Of a stretch of 32,995 bases of DNA, positions 27,001-32,995 are shown piece by piece. Origin of the DNA: a virus (lineage: Duplodnaviria; Caudoviricetes); the IMG/VR virus record IMGVR_UViG_3300032233_002986, positions 1-32,995 of that record. One strand, given 5' to 3'. The notes beneath the pieces are model-generated. The model searched no databases and was not told the origin of the DNA. It saw nothing but the letters and a program-made list of their open reading frames with translations. The translations under genes were made by a program, and so were the position numbers. Every line of letters starts with the position of its first letter. The first letter of the stretch is position 1.

Positions 27001-28214
27001 CATCACAACCACTACAAGTTACTGGTGGTGGTTATGTTTCTGGTTCTGTTGGTATTGGAACCACAAATCCAGTAGCAACTCTTCAAGTCAAAGATGCACT
27101 TGCCTTTGAGACTACAAACACCACAACATCATCAACCTCACAAGTTGCAGTAGATACTTTTGCAACAGCAACATTCCGTTCTGCAAAGTATCAGGTTCAG
27201 ATGACTTGCCCAGGACAGATTGCAACTCTTGGTGGTATTACAACTGGTGGTTCTGGATATACTGCTGGAACCTTTAATGTAACTTTCTCCAACTCATCAG
27301 GAACAGGAGCAGCAGCACAAGGAACTCTTACAATCTCAAATGGAACAGTATCACAGATTGGAGTAGGAACTACTGGTGGTTCTGGATATATTACTGGTGA
27401 TGTCTTAACTGCATCAGGTGGTTCAGGACTTCAGGTTTCTGTTGCTTCTACTGCTTCTCCATCAGGTGCAATTCTTACATTAGGTGCAATCACAAGTGCT
27501 GGAATTGGATATACTGCTGGTGTTGGTGTAGGAACAACAACACTCACATTCTTGGGAGGAACAGGAACTGGTGCAGTAGGACTTGCAACAATTTTTGATG
27601 GTGTGATTACTTCTGCAACATTACTACAACAACCAACCACAGGAACTGGTGGAACTGTTTTTTATTCTGGTTCTAACTATACAACTGCTACTGTTCTTAC
27701 AATTGCAAAAACTGATGTAACAAATACTATTACTGATATTACTGGTTCTGTTGGTGTCTCTACATTCACATCACTCACAGCACACGGTATTGGAGTGAGT
27801 GATACTGTAAGAGTTTCAAGCACTTCTAATGGACTTACAGCAGGAACTAATTATTTTGTTGTGACTACTCCTACTCCAACTACATTTACTCTTGGAAGTT
27901 CTGTTGGTATTGGAACCACATTTACAACTGGTTCATCATTATCAATTGGTTTCTATCGTAACAGTGCAAATGCTGGTGGTTCTGTTTCTTATCTAAATGC
28001 AATCACAGGTGTCTCTACAAACTATCAGGTTTCTGATTTGTTAGTATTACAGAATGGAACAACTGCTGATTTTGTTGAGTATGGAACTATTGCAAATAAT
28101 GATGTTCTTGGAACCTTTGCTGCTGATATTTCTGGTGCAAATACAAGACTATTATTAACTCCAACTTATGCAACCAATACAGTTAAGGTTGCAAGACAGG
28201 CAATCACAGTATGA
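24057..28214 (+). CDS. Large virion structural/tail-fibre-like protein (1385 aa)
   Basis: Charged N-terminal region; beta-propeller-like repeats (G..MFVVG..ND...QY.LST.YD.STA); Gly/Thr-rich GIGTT fibre repeats; 'GGSGYT' repeats; C-terminal 'FRSAKYQVQ...EYGTI...GTF.ADISG' domain. Confidence 0.8.
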   Translation: MEIFKKSIKYSKPLKDLDNKIKKLDEKLKNTGVIDIEDDSEILCIQEISSEKLPKIYDKVEVRKEEGISYNWRESFLAEETDDEPVVEDETYHKTIGRVESYISESNKELIEIRDQVFQEISESTLLNLPEIKCKIEKVLKIYDQLQEGLLNEPPETQNSDPLTPLNQKFVTTEDLNKHYSLFVNRIQEQLSTLGGGGETRLKYLDDIVGIATNASAYGGKYLQWNSTTNKAEFVFVSGSDYASTAGISTVAQGLTGTPNISVGFVTASQLQVNGGGNFTGIVTASSFSGNASSATYATTAGISTYATNAGVSTSVIGGIGSVTQLNVSGNLGIGTVGINSVFSTTDIQSWYYTNKSKSVSGDDGTPQGVYVGAAGTTMFIVGDANNRIIQYALSTPYDVSTAGVAVTYFSTALQETVPTGIDFDPTGTKMFVSGTTGVAPLIVGGDYVHEYSLSTAWTVSSAGYTTSYNVTAQDNTPQGVTFGDSGSKMYVVGNTNDTVYQYSLSTPYSLASGVTYDNISLVLGTNPLLLETNPSDISFNSTGTVLWVSGSSNDRIYEFRLGTAWDISTAVFYDDVYIGFNELLVTGIQVIPGQNIAYIVGSNSDTVFQYSTKTPAIEIASSGISSETSIVLNNETRVKDKLYVKGLAHFDSNVLAQGSLTVDNAITISAGSLTVSGGTITAGNNAAGLLNGNTGTNITMANGQTTGTFSLGGATQTGTMSVGLSTASQITNIQAGANASATTKTINLGTGGLSGSLTQINIGPTAGVGTVVINSGTNLGIGTTNPTSKLTVIGDASISGLTTTNNLYVAGVGTFLSSGLNIRNPANTFGYTIAGDAIAAGYTLTLPVITANTGIAVTGLAQTFTALQTFAGGATISTGAIVHTATGSNFTASSYTIGTVTIGGPSQTGGITLGQSTVSQIVGIATGVSGVGTTKTINLGTGGASGSFTQINIGPTAGVGTVVINSGTNLLVGTTTPTGTASQPLQVTGGGYVSGSVGIGTTNPVATLQVKDALAFETTNTTTSSTSQVAVDTFATATFRSAKYQVQMTCPGQIATLGGITTGGSGYTAGTFNVTFSNSSGTGAAAQGTLTISNGTVSQIGVGTTGGSGYITGDVLTASGGSGLQVSVASTASPSGAILTLGAITSAGIGYTAGVGVGTTTLTFLGGTGTGAVGLATIFDGVITSATLLQQPTTGTGGTVFYSGSNYTTATVLTIAKTDVTNTITDITGSVGVSTFTSLTAHGIGVSDTVRVSSTSNGLTAGTNYFVVTTPTPTTFTLGSSVGIGTTFTTGSSLSIGFYRNSANAGGSVSYLNAITGVSTNYQVSDLLVLQNGTTADFVEYGTIANNDVLGTFAADISGANTRLLLTPTYATNTVKVARQAITV
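26282..26985 (+). repeat. Intragenic direct repeat (~130 nt, 573-nt period): 26282-26412 and 26855-26985
   Basis: Both copies encode TTKTINLGTGG.SGS.TQINIGPTAGVGTVVINSGTNL..GTT with high nucleotide identity. Confidence 0.9.
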
Positions 28215-29503
28215 GTATTATAAGACAAGGATTTGAGAGTGCTGATTTAGATGTTCCAGTAGTGCTTCCAACACTCAATCTGGACTTTGCAAACTCTCAA
28301 AGTTTGGATAGTAGAATTACATTCAGCAGAGGAAGTATTGGAACTCGTGTGAATAGAAATGGATTGATTGAAACTATTGCAGCAAATCAACCAAGATTTG
28401 ATTATGACCCTGTGACTGGTGAGTGTAGAGGACTTTTGATTGAGGAGAGTAGGAGTAATCTTTTTACTTATAGTGATGATGCTGCAACTGCTTGGGGTAT
28501 AAAATCTGGACTTACAGTATCTGCAAATACTGATATTGCACCTGATGGAAATCAAACTATGGATACTCTTGTTGAAGATGCAGCAAGAAATGATAAGTAT
28601 CTTGAAAGACAAATTACTGTAAATGCTAATCAAAATATTACTTGGTCTTGTTATGTGAAACCATTAAGAAGAACTAATATCTTTTTAGTCATTTATGATG
28701 GTGCTTCTTATAGTAATAATGTTAATTTTAGATATGAGTTTTCTAATCAAACAGTTACTCTTTCTGCTGCTTCTGGAACAGGAACTTTTGGTAGTTATAG
28801 TGTAGTGTATGTTGGTAATGGTGTTTATAGAATGGTTCTTTCTGGGCAACCAACCACATCAGCAAGTACAAGTGTTAGAATAAGAATTGGTTTTGTTAAT
28901 CAATCAACAACATATACAGGAACTGGTGTTTCTGCTGCTGCTGTATGGGGAGCACAATTAGAAACAGGAGCATTTCCAACCTCCTACATCCCCACAGTAG
29001 CATCCACAGTAACCAGAAGTGCTGATAATGCTTCTATGACTGGAACTAACTTCTCAAGTTGGTATAATCAAAGTGAGGGAACAGTATTGAGTAGTGTTAA
29101 TTTTATAGAAAATCTATCTTCAAGTAATTTTGCATCAAATAATATTTTGTATGGAATAAATGATAATTCCACAAACAATAGGATTACTTTATTTGGATTG
29201 AATGGATTTAAGAGTATTGTTTCAAGATATGTTATTTCTGGATTTACTTATCCAAGTTCTACTGTGGTTATAAGTTCAAGAAAAAATAAATTTGCACATT
29301 CATTTAAAACTACTGGTGTCTCATTAGTAGGTAATGGTGGGACACCATCCGCAACACAAACAGTAACCAATACATATCCAACAGTAAATAGATTAGAAAT
29401 AGGAAATCAAATAGGAACTTTCTATCTCAACGGAACCATAAGTCGTCTCACTTACTATCCAAAAGCACTTTCACCAGCAGAATTACAATATCTAACACAA
29501 TAA
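28211..29503 (+). CDS. Lectin/LamG-like phage spike or fibre protein, paralogue 1
   Basis: LNLDF, RITFSR, PRFDYDP..G..GLLIEESRSN, GAQLETGAFPTSYIPT...VTRSAD, WYNQSEGT, LNGTISRLTYYP. Confidence 0.75.
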   Translation: MSIIRQGFESADLDVPVVLPTLNLDFANSQSLDSRITFSRGSIGTRVNRNGLIETIAANQPRFDYDPVTGECRGLLIEESRSNLFTYSDDAATAWGIKSGLTVSANTDIAPDGNQTMDTLVEDAARNDKYLERQITVNANQNITWSCYVKPLRRTNIFLVIYDGASYSNNVNFRYEFSNQTVTLSAASGTGTFGSYSVVYVGNGVYRMVLSGQPTTSASTSVRIRIGFVNQSTTYTGTGVSAAAVWGAQLETGAFPTSYIPTVASTVTRSADNASMTGTNFSSWYNQSEGTVLSSVNFIENLSSSNFASNNILYGINDNSTNNRITLFGLNGFKSIVSRYVISGFTYPSSTVVISSRKNKFAHSFKTTGVSLVGNGGTPSATQTVTNTYPTVNRLEIGNQIGTFYLNGTISRLTYYPKALSPAELQYLTQ

Positions 29504-29504
29504 G

Positions 29505-30764
29505 ATGACTAAAATACTTTCCAACAAATCCAATATTGATTTAGATTATCCAATCTGTCGTCCAAGTTTGGATTTAGATTTCACACAAGAAGTATTAGAC
29601 CCACGCATTACATTCAGCAGAGGAAGTATTGGAACTCGTGTAAATCGTAATAGGTTGATTGAGACAGTATCTGCAAACCAACCAAGATTTGATTATGACC
29701 CTGTGACTGGTGAGTGTAAGGGACTTTTGAATGAGGAGAGTAGGAGTAACTTATTAGTTAATAGTGATGATTTTACAACTACTTGGGGTCCAAGTGCTGT
29801 TAGTGTTTCAAGTAATGTTATAACAGCACCTGATGGAAATACAACTGCTGATAAATTAGTAGAGAATACTTCATTTAGTTCTTTTAAGTTTGTTTTTCAA
29901 TCAGTTGGGACAATTGTTGGAACTTATACAGTATCTGCATTTTTCAAAGCAGGAGAAAGATTTAGTGGTTATATACAATTATTAAGTTCTGGTGGTAATG
30001 CTACTGCTGGTTTTAATTTGAGAACAGGAACTATAACTGGTGGTGCTGGAACCAATACAATTACTCCATATGGTAATGGTTGGTATAGAGTAAGTTCTAC
30101 TGCAACATTTACAAGTGCAACTGCAACAGTTTATATTGTTTTATATAATAGTAATGCAATTAGTAACTATACTGGTGATGGAACATCAGGCATTTATGTA
30201 TGGGGAGCACAAGTAGAAACAGGAGCATTTCCAACATCTTATATACCAACATCAGCATCTACAGTCACCAGAAGTGCAGATAATGCTTCTATGACTGGAA
30301 CTAACTTCTCAAGTTGGTATAATTCAAGTGAAGGAAGTGTTTATATACGAGCAAATTCTAATAATTTAACTTCGGGAGGAACAATATTTATTGCATCAAA
30401 TGCGTCTTATAGTGAAAGATTTGCACAACTTTCTCTTACTGGAAATGTTGGTTATGGATATGCTTCAACTTGGTTTACAAATAATAGTATTATTGGTGGT
30501 GGTGCATTTACTTTAGTTGGAGATACATATGCAAATGGTGCGTATAAAAAAATAGCATTATCTGGAATTGCTGGAAATTTTAATGGAGTTTCAGGAAATC
30601 AAGTTTTATCAACTAAAAAGACAAATCTTTATCCTACTGGAATAACTCAAGCAAGAATTGGAAGTTATAACAATAATGTTAGTTATTTAAATGGAACCAT
30701 AAGTCGTCTCACATACTACCCAAGAGCACTCAAACCAAATCAATTGCAGTATTTAACTCAATAA
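29505..30764 (+). CDS. Lectin/LamG-like phage spike or fibre protein, paralogue 2
   Basis: Same conserved blocks as 28211-29503 with divergent middle and C-terminal domains. Confidence 0.75.
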   Translation: MTKILSNKSNIDLDYPICRPSLDLDFTQEVLDPRITFSRGSIGTRVNRNRLIETVSANQPRFDYDPVTGECKGLLNEESRSNLLVNSDDFTTTWGPSAVSVSSNVITAPDGNTTADKLVENTSFSSFKFVFQSVGTIVGTYTVSAFFKAGERFSGYIQLLSSGGNATAGFNLRTGTITGGAGTNTITPYGNGWYRVSSTATFTSATATVYIVLYNSNAISNYTGDGTSGIYVWGAQVETGAFPTSYIPTSASTVTRSADNASMTGTNFSSWYNSSEGSVYIRANSNNLTSGGTIFIASNASYSERFAQLSLTGNVGYGYASTWFTNNSIIGGGAFTLVGDTYANGAYKKIALSGIAGNFNGVSGNQVLSTKKTNLYPTGITQARIGSYNNNVSYLNGTISRLTYYPRALKPNQLQYLTQ

Positions 30765-30765
30765 G

Positions 30766-32034
30766 ATGTCTATACTCTCACAGTTCAAGCAATCACAAAA
30801 CACAGATTTTCCAAATGTTCGTCCAAGTTTGGATTTGAGATTTGCACTTGCGAAAAAGTTAGACCCACGCATTACATTCACTCGTGGAAGCACAGGAACT
30901 TATTTTGGTTCTGATGGTCTTATGAGAACTGCTGGTGTGAATGAACCAAGATTTGATCACGACCCAATCACAGGACAAAGTTTAGGACTGATGGTGGAGG
31001 AGAGTAGGCAGAACTTATTAGCTAATAGTGATATTGAAGGAACTGTTGGAGCACAACCTACTGCTATGTTTCTTGCTGGACCAATTAATGGACAAACTGC
31101 TGTTGTTTCTACTGATGTTTCACTTGGACCAAATGGACAATCTTGTAAGCATACAAGAGGAGTTTATGGAGATAATAATATTGGATATATTCCCAGTGCT
31201 GCTGTGGTTGCTGGACAAACTTATGTGTTCTCTGCCTATGTGTATATTCCTTCATCACAAGCAAACAATTTTATAGGAAAAACTTTACAATGGAGTTTTG
31301 AAAGTCCTAACACAAGTAGTACTAATCCTTCTGTTGATGTGAGAATTATTAATAGGTGGCAAAGAGTTTATGGAACTTGTATTCCTTCTACTACTGCTGC
31401 TACTTGGGTTTTAAGAACAACCGCAAATGCTGGAAGTTTCTTTTATACTGATTGTTGGCAGTTAGAACTTGGAAGTCTTCCTACTTCTTATATACCTACA
31501 ACTGCCTCCACAGTCACAAGAAGTAATGATTTTGCTTGGATGATTGGAACAAACTTCTCAAGTTGGTATAATCAAAGTGAAGGAACAATTATAATATCAA
31601 CTGATAAATTATATTCTGGAAACTTTGATTATTATAGACATTATTATCAAATTGGTGATGTTACTGCTAATAATGGTTTAAGCATATACACAAATAGTGG
31701 ATCACAATACATAACAAATTATGGAACTACTAATGGTGGAAGACAAGTATTTGATTACCAACAAATATTTGTTGGTTCATCACCAACTCAATTTAAAATA
31801 GGGCAAGCATTAAATTCAAAGTATTCATTTTTTACATCTTCAAAAGGAACAACATCACCACAACTTCCAAGTAAATCAGCACCCAATTCTCAAAATAATA
31901 CTACTCCAACAAGTGTAGATAGAATGTGGATAGGTAGAAAAGTAAGTGGTGGTGAAATCAATTCACATATTGCTCGTCTCACCTACTACCCAATTCAACT
32001 CACCAATCAACAACTTATCAACTTAACGAGTTGA
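30766..32034 (+). CDS. Lectin/LamG-like phage spike or fibre protein, paralogue 3
   Basis: LDLRF, RITFTR, PRFDHDP, GLMVEESRQN, QLELGSLPTSYIPT, WYNQSEGT, IARLTYYP; the middle domain is different and CBM-like. Confidence 0.75.
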   Translation: MSILSQFKQSQNTDFPNVRPSLDLRFALAKKLDPRITFTRGSTGTYFGSDGLMRTAGVNEPRFDHDPITGQSLGLMVEESRQNLLANSDIEGTVGAQPTAMFLAGPINGQTAVVSTDVSLGPNGQSCKHTRGVYGDNNIGYIPSAAVVAGQTYVFSAYVYIPSSQANNFIGKTLQWSFESPNTSSTNPSVDVRIINRWQRVYGTCIPSTTAATWVLRTTANAGSFFYTDCWQLELGSLPTSYIPTTASTVTRSNDFAWMIGTNFSSWYNQSEGTIIISTDKLYSGNFDYYRHYYQIGDVTANNGLSIYTNSGSQYITNYGTTNGGRQVFDYQQIFVGSSPTQFKIGQALNSKYSFFTSSKGTTSPQLPSKSAPNSQNNTTPTSVDRMWIGRKVSGGEINSHIARLTYYPIQLTNQQLINLTS

Positions 32035-32040
32035 TACAAT

Positions 32041-32048
32041 CATAAATA
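32041..32048 (+). promoter_or_regulatory. T4-type late promoter
   Basis: CATAAATA 15 nt upstream of ATG 32064. Confidence 0.6.
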
Positions 32049-32063
32049 CTAATAAAACTTATT

Positions 32064-32384
32064 ATGTTAGATTACTACCTAAAATTTAGCACAGAAGAAG
32101 AAGCATTCCAAGCATTCAAGGAAGCAGGTTATACTTCCCAAGATGAAGAAGGAAAAGAGTTTGTAATCTCTGCTACTCATCAAGTCTGTGTTGATTTAGT
32201 TGGAACCATTTATAAAGGTGGTAAGTGGGAACCAAATGCAGAAGGTGAAATGATTACAATTGAAGAACCTGTGAAACTTGATGGATACCACGTAAATGTA
32301 AGAGTATTGAGTGGTGATATTGCAGAAACTTTGAGAACCTTTGTGATTGATAATCCTTCCAGTCCTTATCGTATTTTTGGGTAA
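32064..32384 (+). CDS. Small fibre-associated protein (possible chaperone or tip partner)
   Basis: 'DYYLKF..EEE', 'D.VGTIY', 'GYHVNVR', 'P.SPYRIF' pattern of small genes found next to spike/fibre genes. Confidence 0.65.
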   Translation: MLDYYLKFSTEEEAFQAFKEAGYTSQDEEGKEFVISATHQVCVDLVGTIYKGGKWEPNAEGEMITIEEPVKLDGYHVNVRVLSGDIAETLRTFVIDNPSSPYRIFG

Positions 32385-32391
32385 TTTATAA

Positions 32392-32784
32392 ATGGCTAAC
32401 TTATTTGGAACAGGCATCAACCAAATCCCTACAAATGGAATGTTGGGAAACCTTGCGTTCCAAGATAAGTCTTATGTGGGAGTAGATGCAATAGGAATTG
32501 GAACTACCTTTGTTGATAGTGGAACAGTAGGGCAACCACTTCAAGTATCTGGTGGTGCTTATGTAAGTGGAAATATTGGTATTGGAACCACAAGACCAAC
32601 ATCACCACTTCACGTTGTTGGTTCTACTTTAATTACTGGAATTACAACAGTTGGTTTAGGGTCAACATCAACTCCTCCAAGTAATTCACAATTAAGCTTT
32701 GAACTTACTAGTGATACGAACTTAAGATTTAAAGTTAGAGGGTCTGATGGTGTTTTAAGAAGTGCTAATATAACACTGGCATAA
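32392..32784 (+). CDS. Small virion structural protein
   Basis: N-terminal 'GTGINQIPTNGMLGNLAFQD'; GIGTT repeats; shares 'QPLQV.GG.YVSG..GIGTT.P' with the 1385-aa protein. Confidence 0.7.
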   Translation: MANLFGTGINQIPTNGMLGNLAFQDKSYVGVDAIGIGTTFVDSGTVGQPLQVSGGAYVSGNIGIGTTRPTSPLHVVGSTLITGITTVGLGSTSTPPSNSQLSFELTSDTNLRFKVRGSDGVLRSANITLA

Positions 32785-32789
32785 ACCCC

Positions 32790-32823
32790 TTGACACCATA
32801 GGCACTAGGTGCTATGATAAATA
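32790..32823 (+). promoter_or_regulatory. Sigma70 promoter with overlapping late-promoter-like motif for psbA
   Basis: TTGACA (32790-32795)-17 nt-TATGAT (32813-32818) with extended TG; GATAAATA at 32816-32823. Confidence 0.75.
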
Positions 32824-32852
32824 GATGTTAAGGAATCAAAACATTTCTTAAT

Positions 32853-32946
32853 CTTCTGTAACCGAGATCATCAGAAGTAAAGCATCTCTCATACCTGTAC
32901 TGGAGGGTGGTACAGGATATATTGTAACTGTTCAGTTCCCCCTGAA
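32853..32946 (+). ncRNA. Structured psbA leader, probable PhotoRC-II RNA motif
   Basis: CTTCTG/CAGAAG stem (32853-58/32872-77); loop GAGAT pairs with ATCTC (32884-88), forming a pseudoknot; CCTGTAC/GTACAGG hairpin (32894-32916). The position upstream of a cyanophage psbA matches the described context. Confidence 0.7.
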
Positions 32947-32967
32947 TTCATACTTACCCTTTAACAA

Positions 32968-32995
32968 ATGACTGCTACTATTGCTACACGCAATT
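32968..32995 (+). CDS. psbA: Probable photosystem II D1 protein, first 9 codons (MTATIATRN; 3' truncated)
   Basis: MTAT...R start typical of D1, with a strong promoter and structured leader; only 28 nt are visible. Confidence 0.6.

Noticed and set aside
28211-32034. Diversity-generating retroelement or invertible shufflon
   Set aside because: No reverse transcriptase or recombinase in the window; differences are not confined to adenines; repeats are direct and lie inside full-length genes.
427-32420. Minus-strand and alternative-frame ORFs in the track (e.g. 1351-1764, 25850-26257, 26582-26983, 4164-4406)
   Set aside because: They overlap well-supported + strand genes or tRNAs and lack motifs; they are shadows of biased codon usage.
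32824-32853. HLR1-like box at the psbA promoter
   Set aside because: Only a weak, degenerate match in AT-rich sequence; not supportable without a motif scan.
1-32995. Cyanobacterial chromosome (LPS locus) origin
   Set aside because: T4-type late promoters, fibre/spike genes, phage-type hli, tRNA-Ile(UAU), single-strand dense coding and absence of transport/polymerase genes indicate a cyanomyovirus.

Overview
AT-rich fragment of a T4-like cyanophage (cyanomyovirus) genome; every credible gene lies on the + strand. In order: the end of a lysozyme-like gene; tRNA-Gly(TCC); a cyanobacterial SLH/OprB-type porin; Dps; small phage ORFs and a 2OG-Fe(II) oxygenase-like gene. Next is a short unit with an orphan Phd/YefM antitoxin, tRNA-Ile(TAT), a hypothetical gene and a ~185-nt repetitive structured RNA. 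An ~18.4-kb, tightly coupled nucleotide-sugar/glycosylation cluster of 24 genes follows (rmlB, rmlC, gmd, a GME-like and other SDRs, KdsC-like HAD, PfkB, an NTase-RpiB fusion, cupin, GDPD, two methyltransferases, GT11, GT6, two GT4, GT25 and others). The window ends with two hli genes, a 1385-aa fibre-like virion protein, three tandem paralogous lectin/spike-like proteins, two small structural genes, and a structured 5' leader plus the first codons of probable psbA. Both sigma70-type and T4 late-type promoter motifs are visible. The most interesting items are the antitoxin/tRNA/pseudoknot-repeat RNA unit, the unusual sugar-activation module, the GT11+GT6 pairing, the modular spike paralogue array and host-regulator-like boxes (Pho, HLR1). 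All family assignments come from motif recognition, not database searches.
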